A stretch of 64,000 bases of DNA from Tubulanus polymorphus (taxonomy: Eukaryota > Animalia > Nemertea), in assembly GCF_964204645.1 (NCBI RefSeq), contig NC_134026.1, positions 27,438,150-27,502,149 of the forward strand, read 5' to 3'. The position numbers and the translations under genes are program-made. Below, in pieces: positions 13,221 through 26,906 of this stretch. Every line of letters starts with the position of its first letter. Position 1 is the stretch's first letter. The notes beneath the pieces are model-generated. The model searched no databases. It was not told the DNA's origin and worked only from the letters and a program-made list of their open reading frames with translations.

Positions 13221-16200
13221 AGTTGAACTTAATGCAATGTGTACCATTTAGAAATGTGTATATCGTATGATATCCTCATGCACAAAATCACGAACAAAAA
13301 GTCGATTCGACCAAGGCCGCTGATGACTATCAACACATGTGTAAAAACATGTGTATTTGATAAAGAACCGCGAAAATTTCCTTGATTCGGTGGAAGCAAA
13401 TAGACCATGTTCGCCTTGATTTTGCGTACATCTTACCAATGAGCGTACTTCAAACGTTCCAACATTTGTCAGCAGAAATAACGTCCGTGATAAATTTGCA
13501 AAACACGCGATCTTTGAATAATCGCCGAAACGATCACCGCAGCTGACTTGGTTTAAAAATATCCAAACCAGATTGGCGTATTTTTTACTCAAACAGCCAT
13601 GATGGGGAACATTGAATAAAAGAACATGTATAAAACACGGATAATTTATAAAAGTTTACCTTGTTTATTATATGTTTGAGGTTTCGAAGGTGACGTAATG
13701 AAAACCATAAGCTATTAAGAACCAAAGCTACACGTATCATTTGTCATTTGAGGGCCATGAGAAGACCAAGGTCTCTTATTCATTAGCGTTTTTTGTTCAC
13801 GCGTGATATTCGTGTATGTGAGAATCCTCCATAACGCAGTTGACGACAGAGCTAGTATTCTTCATACAGCACTGTGCTGCCTAAAATCATCGTTATTGAT
13901 ATTTACAGGTTATTATGGATAAGCCAAATGAATCGGATCCAGATGTTTCTATAAGGCGGAAACTTAACTAGCATTTTACCAACAAAGACTAAGGCAGACT
14001 AGATCTGTTGGATTAGGTATAGAATTTTCACGGCTTGGCTCAGTCCAAGCTCTTTAGTCGTAGTCGCCAGGTTTAAGTTTATATTGGTGAAAAAAAATTG
14101 AATCCGCAGACAGAAAAGCATACGACAGGTTATTAAATTTCATTGTAGCGGATACGGCAAACGCCGTAACTAACAATGTGGAATATGGTTGATTTCGCCA
14201 ATGGCGTGAATATTTGGTAGAACAAAATCCAATCATTCCACCTAAAAGAGTAGACTTCCATGCGACTTTGGGGATACCAGATCTGTAACCGGCTGTTTAC
14301 TCACCGATAAATAAGCTGGTTTTAACTATCTGGCTTGTGGCAATCTACTCATTCCAAAACCCAACGAGATAACGATGGGCATATTCTTGGGTGTACACAA
14401 AATGCCATTGGAGAAAACATTACATATTTCATTTTACTGTTGGCTGATTCTATTTTCGCGGAGATATGGCAAAACAACTGCCTCATGTCGACAAAATGAA
14501 GAAAATATAATTCTGATTAATGACCTAAACAATAGTTAAGGTGGTGTGCATTTAGGCAATTTAAAACCCATTTTTCTTTCTTGAAATTTATCTCCGTAAC
14601 ACACTTTTCAACTTCTGCGATCGATAATCGAGATGTGCGACCAATTTTCTGGATCTCACGGATGATGATCTCACTATTTCTATTGCACTTGTACATGTCG
14701 ACGCCTCACAAGACGTAACCACACATGACAGCCACACAAACGTTATAAAGCCCTCACTACTCGAAGATTCCTTAGTGGTCGTCAAATGGCATCAGTATGT
14801 GTGTAGTTGAAAGTAATGAATTGCAAAACTCGCAACCACTATTTCTGATATATTTTACCTACTAATTGATCGGGAATACCTATAATGGACCAAGGAGTAG
14901 AGTTATACAATTACGCAAAATTTCATGATAAACTAATTTAGCGTGTATTTGAACCTGGATGGCAGCGGTAAACGGTTGATAGACTGGTCCCCGGTAACAG
15001 GTTGTACTACCTGATGATGAGCAGTTTGAACAACAAATCAGTGCCAATCAAAAATGTAAAGTAAATACAACGATATCAACATAAACCATGAGGAATAAAA
15101 CCATGATGACGACGGCAAAAAGACATTAAGTTTGACAAAAATTAGTTTCGGACGCCAACCTTTTCCCATGGTAACTATCCTCCCAACTGTCTGAGTTTAA
15201 GCGAGTCTGAGCGAGATTTACTATATTTTGATAACCGGCCCTCGGAATATTGGACACACCAACACTATTTGTTGAGATGACTGTTTGCTATCATGTCTTG
15301 TATAAGGAATAACTTTCTAAAAAATCCTAAATGGCCTAGATTTCTTTGGTTCCACCAATTAATCAAGCCTTTCGCTTCCACTTATCGCACCCATCATGTA
15401 TTTCTTACACGCTAGACATATTTCCAAAATGCGCCATCATTTCTTTAAAAATGATATTCTTGTTAATTATGAATTGGCACAATCGTCTTTACTAGTGATT
15501 TGTCATAATTCCACACGATAACCTCTCAATTTACCTTCGTATTTCAGAGCGATCATTCATTATGAGATCAGTCTAGCTTGTTTACTGGGAATATGGTCAA
15601 TCACTATTGTAATCCTCTTTTCACTGTACCAATAGGCAGCATTGTGACAAGTGAAAGAGAGACCCTAAACTGCGATAAAAAGCAAACTTGTTGGCACGTT
15701 TGGATGTGGCATCAAAACTAGCTATGAAGATGTTCCAATGGGTAGATGCCGATCCAGCCTTTGATCACCAGACATTTACAAACGAATTAGTTGTATACGT
15801 GCCCGATTGACCTCTTCGTCTAATGTCAAGTGTGCAAGCGTTTTTTGTTTTTGCTGACGGTTACAGCACCGTGATAAATCATTACGAAAATATCACGTAA
15901 GCCACGGATGACAGCAGAAAGGATTCCACATAGGGCGGAAAATTCAGCAAATAATTAAGCGCTATATTCCCAATCTCCGAACACGAAAGCAAAGTTGCAA
16001 TGTAATATTCAATATCGAACATCATGCGAGAAAGATTGTGAAGTAGTGATATTCGTGGAACCAACATTTCAAGAGGTTTCGAACGTACGACTAAGAGAAC
16101 ATCGTTCAAAAACTGCGAGAAAACACCGAGGTGATAAGTATTGATTCGCTGAATGGACGAAAACGATTTTTCATTCACTTACGTTGGAAGAAGATGTATA

Positions 16201-19200
16201 CTATAGGAGGTTTGTTGAATATATGTTAAGATATTCGGAAAAGAAAATGCTATACGTATATTTTGTGGACATTCCTGTGTGGATTTTTTGTCACTTGGGT
16301 ACTCTTGTTTAATGCTGCTTTAGTGCTGAGAATGCTGATAGATTGTATTTGTCGTGACGTTACCCGGTATAATTACCCTCCGACATCCCCGAGAATGCGC
16401 ATCTTTCATCAGAACTACTGACGGGCAGCTGTTGGAACAAACTCTTTACACTTAACATATTCTACAGGTAAGAGATGCAAATACATTTCATTCATATTTT
16501 TCATATTCGTATATATAAACATTCATCGACATTTTGTCGATTGTTCAAGTTACAATTTTTTTGCTTGAGTAATTTAGTTTTTTATTTCCTTTTCCTTGTA
16601 ATATTTCAATCCAATGCAAATATCCTCTGATCGTTAATTCGGAATTTGTTATCTATATTTCTTTGTAATATTTTTGCTGAACTACGCTCTGGTGGACATA
16701 GAAATTTTATTTAAATCGTGTATCTCAATACATACTCCACAATGAGGAGAATTTTTATCGTACAGCTGTTGAGTCTGCTGAATGCGGCTACACAGTGAGT
16801 TATTTTCTTTGGGTGAGCGTATGCATTTTGTTGTAATAGTTTGAATATAAATTTTAACTATCAATATTGTATATATGTTTTGGTAAGTAGGAAATGGTTG
16901 CAAAGTCGAGTGTTTCAGTGTTGTTTGTAGTGCTGTGGTTATAACATACTGATTTATGAAAATCGAGGAGTATTTCATTGGTCAAGAACCTTACATTCCG
17001 CCGGCCTCGAAAGGCAAAATTCTAATGAACTGCGAACTAACAACAGCATTTCGTACATATAAAGAACACGATTTATGGTCTTTACCCAGCAAAATTTCAC
17101 GTCCACGCACGTCGACATGTATTTCGCATGATCGATACCAATAAAACAAATGATGACGGTTTCGATCCCATTCGGTCTAAGTCGCTGTTTCGTGTCGCAT
17201 AAACATTATACAGTTGACTTTGCCCAAGTCGTCTTATATCGACTAATCCGACTTTCATTGCAAGTTTAAATTTGAACTCACAAACAGAGATGATTTAAAT
17301 CATTATATATGATGACTTAGCTGAAATAAACTTAGGAAGATCAACTGTGTAAAACTAAAATTTTTGAATAGATGAATGATATATCATTCATGAATCGCAG
17401 ACCAAGCTGTATAGAAATTTACTGATCAGATATTGGTGCATTAATGACACTGGTCTGTTTAGTGACAATTCGTCACCGGTTTCACCGGGTTTTACGGATG
17501 TAGTATGATTTTCATGCCACTCAATATTCTGGTCATGGACACGAAAACTGATTTACTGATCTATACCCGAAACATCCCCATTCCCGATAGCAAAGATTTA
17601 TGGGATATTCATAGGATTCGAATATACGCCAGTTCGGAATTCTCTCGTAAATCCAACGGGATTTATTTGATTCAATTTCACAAAAAGCACCATTATGCCT
17701 TGCACTGACGTTAATTCGCAGGTCTTGATAAAAGCAAAACAGTTAAGCTCCTAAACACCACATCAAGACGTTCGTGGATATTGCTTCGCTATTGTTTTAT
17801 CTATGAGGCTATGAGTTTGTCTATCAAAGTTATCACTGGAAAAATGAGAGTTAAGATCGGCAAGTTAAACTGGTTGATAAAATCATAAAGAAAATAATAA
17901 AGCGAGCTTTTTATGATGTGTAGTTTATTTATTCTTTGATGATATCGCAGAATATGAAAAAATATGATTCTTCGTTGGAGGTACCAACAGAGGGTGAACA
18001 TAGAATGATTCATTATTATCAAGGGGTATATGCTTCATTCCACTTCGTTTGTCGACATCGTTTTCGGTATTTCGCTGTAAAGTTTGCGACTTAGACAAAA
18101 TTGTGTTCGTTATGAACGAATCTGTCTCAGAAAAACGAATTGATCCTGTCTCGGCAAACCGTTGCTAGTTTTTCCGATTCAGGTATAAAAATGTCATTTT
18201 CCAATCTGGTAATATGATGGCGTGTACTGCAATCAAAAGAACGAAATGTCTCAGTGCTTGAAGGTTTTCGTAATGATGTCGGAAAAAGATTGCCTTCGAA
18301 AATTATACAGCTGTCACTTAATAAATTTTGCCCGATTCGCGTAAAGTTGCCATGTAAATTGTTCTACTGATCTGTAGAAACTTTACCATATCAAAGAACA
18401 AACAAAGATATTTTTCTAATCAAATGAATTTTAAGGTTTCGGAATGGTATGACGGATCCTTTGGGGGATTTTTCAATGAAAAATCAAAAAGCTCACGAAT
18501 TAACCATTCGACATAAACCTGACGGCTATTCAAAATCATAGTTGTTTTTTAAACTGAATACAAATTAAGGCTTCGTCATTAAATTGTATCTTTGATCTAA
18601 TTGGATATGATTATCTTTGATTGTTGTTTTTGAGTTGCCGAATCCTGGATTCATTCGACGAAATCAGTTTGCGCACGAGCAATTCATGGAAAAAACCGTT
18701 CGCTATTCGAATCTTCAAACGAATGGCGAGGAAATGTCAATCGAGTGATTGTTTCAACACGCGCTGTGTAGAAGTGGCTTTTACGCAGGGCTTATGGCTT
18801 TCCAAAACATAAACCAATCAGGATAGAACGAATGGATTTTAGTAATGATTTCACTTTCCCAATTAAACATCGTTTTGATTATCTACAAAAATGATTGAAT
18901 ATGTACATAGTTGAATTTTCACGAACGGGCACTGTGTATCATAACGAACACGTTTTCATTGATTCCGGTTTTGAAATTCATCAACAACAAGGAAAACCAA
19001 ACGTCATCAACAAATGTATGGGATAAAGTATGGTTTCCTCTGACTTATAGATTAGCAGATTATCACAGGAAAATTGGTCACAAATATTACGTCAGCTTCG
19101 GTAGCTTTAATGAACGCAATTTCCTCTGTCACTGTTTCCTATCATATACTGTCATTCCGCTTCGATGTAGCCTGTCAAATAAAATCCCAACCATCAACTC

Positions 19201-22200
19201 GTATTTCTCCTCACAGCTGTCAAAATCTCTACCTAGGAACTCCAAGTGCAATCGCTAAGACCGGAATAAAGTCTATAGCTTGTTACTGAGCCACGAGTGA
19301 TTCGCCACAAACCATACAAATGAACCTGATAACTTCATTATCGTGATATTTCCAATCAGACTGTAGAATTTTGTTTGGTATCTTGCAAAATAATACAAAT
19401 TCTCTATTCAAAAATTTTCAAATTAGAAGACAATATTTGAAATAATGCTGATACCTGAAAGTGTATCGTATCATTCTGCAAATACGCTTTGATCTTATAT
19501 GATTCTTTTTATCATTAGATTTGAAGTAAATGCGTTCAATGTATCGTATAAACTCAGAAACATTCGTTACTGGAGTGGAATTATTACAATGCTCTCCTGG
19601 GTAGGGGGTAGGTATTTTGATACGACCGCAGAGATTATGAACGGTCATTCGGTTACGTGACAGGCACCTTGAATTTCCAAGCAAGCAGTAAAAAATCGTC
19701 TTCGAAATCATTCGATGCTCACACCGGTGTTTATCAACGCAGGGTAGCCGTGAAAATTATATATACATCACTGTTCATATTCCTTGTTATCTGCCTATTT
19801 GTTTGCCGAGTACAGCCGCTATCAAATTACAATTGAAACATATCTCTGAATAATTCAAAGAATAGATTTATATAATACCTTCTTGTTTCAAAGTTTTTAT
19901 CCGAGGTTATTTGCACCAGCTTTGTGACCTACCATAAATTGGTTTTCGCAATAGTATATAATTACTCGTTGCATGCCCTGGCGGGTTCATTCCCATGAGA
20001 TCTAACGCACGTAAATGATAATATGTTTAGCTAGTCAATTAGATGGTGATAAATTCGTTTTACATATCCTACAGGTCTAAATTAAATGATGTATTTAAAC
20101 TGACACACGTCAGCTGACAAGATGGCCGAGAGCTAGGAATTTTTAAGCTGAATTAATAAGTGTGTCTGCGAAATGTCAGTTTGGAAATGATACGCAATTA
20201 CTCCGAGCATTTTCTAACCATCGTCGGGTCAACGTTTAACAGATTGGCGTTATAAGATTAGTGTCACATCTCATTAAGGAAACCTCCAAGTCTAGAAATG
20301 ACAAAATATAGTATGATTTTACGTAGCTACTTATCATAACGAAATATTTTGTGACCTGTCGTTATTTTCCCACCAGGTCATTATTGCCGAATCGTGGCAT
20401 TTGTATTACAAACATTTATAACCAAACTTTAAGTAATCGATCCGATGGTTTGATACATGAACGAACGCTCAACAGTCATTTAAACTTGGAACATTAGAAT
20501 TCAACATTATTGTCAATTTGCCCTTAAGAAATAACTGCGATTGCGATGTAGCGAATCAAGCCAAATAACACGGAAAACAAAACAAAAAACAAAAGAGAAG
20601 CTAAGAAAGTTTCCAGTTTGATCATTGAGGATAGATATGTAAAAATAGCACCGCACACACCGGTACACACCCACGGACTCTCCGTAGCGCGGAATACCGG
20701 GAACAACACAACCGGATCTTGGTACATGAAATTGTATACGAAGTAGGAAGTTGTGCTGATTGCTTAAAGCAGGACACTAGAAGTGTCCCTGGATGATGAT
20801 CGGGGAGCGGCGTTTGTTCTGAAAAATTTTGATTTATTTCGGCTTTTACCGCTCACCGGACATAACATACAAAATTAGTCGTAACAATACATCGGAAGGG
20901 AAGCAAAACTATATCGTGTAGGAAGGTAATTACTGCCTTGAAACCTGGTGACTGACCGGATGGTATCTTGGCATTAATGATTGAATACATGACAAAACAA
21001 AGTATTAGGGCAACATATCACTAAAATGCCGGCAGTAGATAAGGGATAATGCCACCGTCAAATATTCTCTAGTGGGTCTTGCTATGAGATCAGTTTCATG
21101 CGTCGAACAACTCATCAATAATCATAGTTTTGAAAGGAGTTTTTACGAGGTTTTCCTTTTTTTTCGCGGATTACAGACGACGACATTGGTGCAATACCGA
21201 TTGATCTTTATTTTATTCCGCGAAGTTGCTCGGTGTTATTTTGTTAGTCGAGCAGAACAGTATGCGGATGCGGGGCTCCCCATGGAACCAATTTATTGCC
21301 ATTTAATGTATTTTGGGCGATACCGTTGCAAGGGTAATTGTCACCCATCACATAAACCTCTGTGATAACTACTGTTCATTCAGCATTAAAGCACAGAACC
21401 ACATCTTTCCTCTTCAATGAAAACCTAGCCTTTCATCTTTAATAAAACCGTTATGTATCCTTAAATGATATGATATCTAAAATGAAAATCGAAAAAAGAC
21501 TTAATTAAGAATAAATCATTCTGAAACATAAGTCTGTTTCCTGTTGGCCACAGTTGGACTGTGGAATTTAGGTCGAGTCGTGAAATTGAAACTCAAGCAT
21601 ATATACGATAAATGAACGGGATAAATGGTTTTCGTTCGAGACAAGCGTAGTCCTGAGGCTAATAATGATCGACCCGAATATCAACCGTGTTCACATAAAA
21701 TCATTCCGCTTAGTGACTGTCCCCACCCGGTGTAGTGTGAAAAAATGGTTTTTCGGTATTCACGCTAAAACAGATGAGGCAGACGCACTTTTCCTCTGGG
21801 ACAAATAAAAGCACATCTGGGGAAAATAACCCCGTCGTAGGCGAACGATCTTCAACTATTAATTTGGAAATTGAGATCGATGACACTGGATAGAACTCCG
21901 TGTCCGCAAATATTATACGAGCCACCAGTGAGTCGAATGAAAGAATGTAACAAAATGCGAAATACTCCTGTTTCTCTTCGGTTCACATGCAGCGATGAAA
22001 GGGCGAATCTCTGCCTTAGTAATTCTAAAATCAATACAACCTAGACATTACTTTTGATGGAGACTTCTTGATGCCAAAAGAAGATTCCTGATCAATTAGA
22101 ATGCGTTGAGGTCTATAATCGTCCCTTCCGGGAGCAAGTAAATAGGGCAAACGTCTGGTGACGAATGTTGCTGCTCGTCAAATCGACGCGCAATCAAACT

Positions 22201-23111
22201 TTGAACCATTATTTTTTCTTTCGAGAAACGCGTGGTAATTTCAAGATGTGACTTAAACTGTAGTTGTCATGATTGTATCCCATGGGTCTGTTCCCATTGT
22301 CATTACCCGGAGCTTCCGTTCAAATGAAAATTGAAGGGTGCAGATTGAATTTAAATGGATACTCAAACTCAAAGATACGAATATGCAAAAATCACGACAA
22401 AAAGTAAAATTTTTGGAGGCAAGATTAGATATCCAATCAAATGATCAAACGGTTAGTTATCAGATATTCATCATATTTTGTTAATATTTCCTGACTAATT
22501 TGTTATCGTCAATATTGGTCTAGGCGGTCTGGGCGGTATGTGCGCATGCCCGGCTGCTGAATTGCATAATTGACGATGGTTCGCAGGTGAGGGTCTCGTG
22601 TAATCTTCCAATTTGTCTTAATCGCACAGTAATGACACACTGGGATGAATTCACTAATCACTCTACGTGTCGCTATAAAACATCGTGCGCTGCTCTTTCG
22701 TTTGCCCGCCTCGAACTTTTATGAGATATGTCGACAAAAAATCCAACTAAACAAACTTCAAATCTCCGCGAGCAGCATGGGCCCTTGACATAGAAACAAA
22801 GAAAGAACGTTCTTGAAATTAGAAGTAAATTGCATTAAACCGGGTTTCGTTGATTACGCATCACGCAACGCATACGAAAGTAAAAAAATCAACATAAATA
22901 TCAACATTCATTTCGTTAAAAACTCTCCATAAAAAGCTCACAGCAGCTTACGCGATGTACTGTAAATTTGCACTTTATTGTGAATATTTGCACTCGGTTT
23001 TATTTGTACGTTCCGCCTGTTTCACAGATCCGTTCCAGAAATTTAAAAGAGTTAGCACCTTCTTGAATTTAATTTTAGGTTTGGTTTTTTTTTCAGGAAG
23101 AAAATCACGAA

Positions 23112-24197
23112 ATGGCGAATAACACCAATCTATCGTTGATGGACTTTTGTCTTGTTAGAAAGTATGGAGAATCACTTCTTCGGATGACGGAGTTATTGTC
23201 ATATCTTCCGTACATTGTCTTGGTTCTCGGTATATTCTTGAATATGATAACCATCATAGCCACGTACCGCAAGGCAAGAAAAAGTTCTTGTCACTTTTAT
23301 ATGATGATGGTTGCATGGGCCGATTTGTACGTTATCGTCAGCGAACAAGTGATGAAAATAGTAGAATTCTTCAAACCATATTATACTCTTAGTGAATGTC
23401 GACTGATCGGGTTTCATGAGATTTTCCCGCCTCAGATTGCTATATTATTGTTAGTTTGTATGACCATAGACCGATGTATTGCCGTCACAAGGCCTCTCAG
23501 GTCAAATAGGTTGTGTACCGTTCGCCGAGGTATCATCACCACAGTCTCCACTGCGTGCGTCTTATTGGTGTACAACACGACTACTATTCTCGTGTACGGC
23601 CAATACCACACCGGACCGGGCCGGATCAATTGCATCGTTACAGTTGGTAAACCCTGGCGTAGTATTTACGAGATTTCAAACAGGATCATCAGTAACTACA
23701 TGCCGTTTATAACTTTACTTTCACTAAATGTTGTTATTGCTCGCACCGTCTGTAGGGCTCTCAAAAGACAGGCAACGTTGGCAGCGGGACGAAGTCCACG
23801 CCAAGAGGCGACAAGACGAGTTACGATCATGGTAGTGATCGTATCATTTGCTTTTCTCGTACTTGTGTTTCCCACAAGTATCGCGTTTCTGATGACACTC
23901 AAATACGAAAACTGGGATAAAGCAATCAATGAGGCGATTCTATATTGCAAAACGACCGAAAGTGAAGTTATGGTATTCATGTACTACACCGGCAAGATTC
24001 TGTATCCATTCAATCACGTTATCAATGGGCTGATTTATCTGGTTAGTAGCTCCCAGTTCCGACGCGATTTGATAAACAATCTTCGCTGTGGACATCGAAG
24101 GCTTCACAGAAAAAGCAACGGTACTGGAGCCATTGCATTGTCGACAATTTCTGCAACCTCTGCCACGTCCTTAACGTACACACCAAGCGTGGGGTGA
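23112..24197 (+). CDS. Class A (rhodopsin-like) GPCR, peptide/FMRFamide-receptor-like orphan, single coding exon, 361 aa
   Basis: Seven hydrophobic segments; TM2 AWAD, TM3 Cys and TIDRCIAV..PL, TM5 PF..L..LN, TM6 F...FP, TM7 NHVINGLIY, helix 8 SSQFRR. Splice acceptor lies just upstream of the ATG (23096). Confidence 0.93.
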   Translation: MANNTNLSLMDFCLVRKYGESLLRMTELLSYLPYIVLVLGIFLNMITIIATYRKARKSSCHFYMMMVAWADLYVIVSEQVMKIVEFFKPYYTLSECRLIGFHEIFPPQIAILLLVCMTIDRCIAVTRPLRSNRLCTVRRGIITTVSTACVLLVYNTTTILVYGQYHTGPGRINCIVTVGKPWRSIYEISNRIISNYMPFITLLSLNVVIARTVCRALKRQATLAAGRSPRQEATRRVTIMVVIVSFAFLVLVFPTSIAFLMTLKYENWDKAINEAILYCKTTESEVMVFMYYTGKILYPFNHVINGLIYLVSSSQFRRDLINNLRCGHRRLHRKSNGTGAIALSTISATSATSLTYTPSVG

Positions 24198-26518
24198 ATT
24201 AATCTGTAGTATCATGTTTGTTGTTTTGTATGCGATACAATATTCAATCTTGTGCAGTAGTCATCGTCAATTTCTAGAGGACAAGATAGTTTACTTAGCT
24301 TATAATGCGTAACTCAAACGTGCGTAAATTTGTTAGCGGCGAGACTTCGATGGATGAGTTGGCCTACAAACTCCGAGCAGGTACTCACTATCAATCATAG
24401 TGTGAACGGACAAGAAAAAAAACTACGGATTCTAGTGACGCTGTAATCAAAACCTGTAATTGTATTATAAAAAAGTGAATATTTTCTGGTTTTTTTCGGC
24501 TCACTTATGTCAAAAGACGTCTGTCGCGTCATGAAGCTGACGTATTGACTTCTGGTAAATACTTCATATATACGCCATAATATATTGTCCCAACATTCGA
24601 TCTAATAAAATCGTCCAATAGCTCACTGCTTACCAATATTCTGATCTGACTGAACAAATAACAAATGAAATATATTCGCATCAAGTACCGCCTAAGGCAT
24701 AGAAGTGACAGTCGACGAGTTCAGTAAGAAGTTCTTGGCGCAATGTGTCAAACGTGGACAATTTGGTGATATAAAATCATTACGATTTGTGTTATTCGCG
24801 TAGTTCTGTGCCAATCTCTGAATTAGGTCCTAGCTGAGAATGAATCGCCAATGTCACAAATCATTATTGCTTTGTGTTCTTTTCGTTCAGCGAGTGTTTG
24901 TTTTCACGAAGCAGCCATTCGCAATAGATTGTCGGACGAATAAAACAGATTGACACCATCATTAGTTCTTGATAAACCTTGGATGGCCACATCTAACCTT
25001 GGATGTTCCATACCTATAAGTAGTTCACATTTGGCATGTCAGATATCACTTGTCCGATGAAAATGAATTTGATACCAAGCTGCTGATCTCAATTGAACTC
25101 TGTATCGAGTGAAATGATTTTCAATAAATGAATCTACCCGCTCTGATGGGATCTCATTCGCCGCAAAATTTCAACGTTATCAATGGCCTAGGGAGTCGGC
25201 ATATTGTGAGAATTCATCACATCGTGTTCGTTGTTTATTTACATAAATTAAGATCCTATCAAAGAGAAGCTCGTTCCGCGCAGACTAGAAATGTTCACGG
25301 TTAAAATTACAAATTGCGTACGGACGCAAATGTAAATTTTTATTTCATTTCCCATCAATTTTCACAAATGGAAGAATAAATTGCTTGATTCTAACAATTA
25401 TTATGTTTATCAATAACTACTGATAACTACTGATAGCACAACAACTATTTACATCGGCAGCTAGTTATTTTTCGAATTCCCACACGGGAAAAAGTATATA
25501 AGATAATATGCTTTGTGTAATTTTTTTCTCGGTCGTTCAGTGTTAAGTGGAGTGTGTTATACTGAGGTGTTCCATTAGCTCAAGCAACAGGAAAATAATC
25601 CAGTGCATATGAAAAAATTGTTTTTCTCTGTCAATAAGAAACACTGATGTGCGATGAAAAGAAACGCTGAAAGTGACACGAAAGTGACATTATTAATCTT
25701 TATGTGAGACACTTGTTACTACTTGACACAAACTAATAATGCATGCTCGCATAACCGATCCCGAGGTGACTTCCCCTCGACGGCCAGCTAATCGTTTCCC
25801 TTTTATCTGAGACATCAAGTCTCGCAAGCACAGTTTGTGTCATCTCTATGTTTTCAACGATATTCAAAGAGCCACTGTTTGAATCGCCGCTATAACTTCC
25901 TCAATCGATTGGATCTGCCTATCTCAGATTTCCTTTTTTAATTATGATTTGAACCGTTAATGATAGATATGATTATGATTTGTTGTTATAAACATCGCCA
26001 AATTAAGATATGCGAGTTAGGCGACGATTACATGGAAGGGTACAAATATTAGCACTTCCTGTTCACGAGTTGGTTAATGTCTATCCTACACGTACGCGGG
26101 TAACAGATAAAATCGTATGAAAGATTTCGTATGTGGGCAAAACAACTCGAAAAGCTATGAATGGGTTTCGGCGAAATTTCATCAAAAGTTTCTGTTTATA
26201 AATATTAGCAAGCGCCCTTAAAATCAAGATGATACTTCTTAAGTAAAATTTACGTAATTTCAAGTGACTTTTCTTAATGATAGCCAGTTTAAATGATCGA
26301 ATTCAATTAACTAACTCGTAACCCAAGAATCAAAATACCGTCCCTAGAGTAATTATTCCTGATTATGATTTCAGTGATCATAATATAGTGCATGTAATTG
26401 AAGGAATTACTGTCATCTAGAGTTGATAAAGTAGCGCGTATAAGATCGTGAAATCCATCTTAGTTTTTCATAATCAACATAACAATAATGATTAATTGCG
26501 TTGTGGAATTCAACTTGG

Positions 26519-26590
26519 AGGATTTTTACCTAGGGGGTTATCTACCGGGGTTTTTTTTACGAAGGGAATTTTGACCGGGGGATTTTTGTC
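26519..26590. repeat. Degenerate gggg-a/t-tttt-g/acc tandem units, likely a MITE interior remnant
   Basis: About five ~15-nt units such as ggatttttacc, gggaattttgacc, gggggatttttgtc. Confidence 0.5.
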
Positions 26591-26906
26591 ATTCGAACAA
26601 GCGACATAATCATTACAAGAAAAAGAAATGCATTAATACATCAATTTTCCATTAAGGTACCGTATGCAGGAGTTCATTTGCAATCATTATGACATAAAAA
26701 TACGTTTCTTCGACTAAGAATACTTGCGACATGAGTTCTTGCGCGACAGCTATGTCAATATACAATGTTGTGTATTCTTAAAATACAGATATATGACAAC
26801 GACACAGATTTTTCAACAGGGACAAGCACTGAAAAATATCTGGGAAACATCTAAAATGAACAACATTAAGTTCAATCGTTCAAATTTCACCCGTAGATGT
26901 GTGTAT

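Noticed and set aside
15011-15050. CTGATGA motifs here and at ~6650, ~55906 and ~58285 as hammerhead ribozyme cores
   Set aside because: No stem II followed by GAAA with closing stems could be formed by eye.
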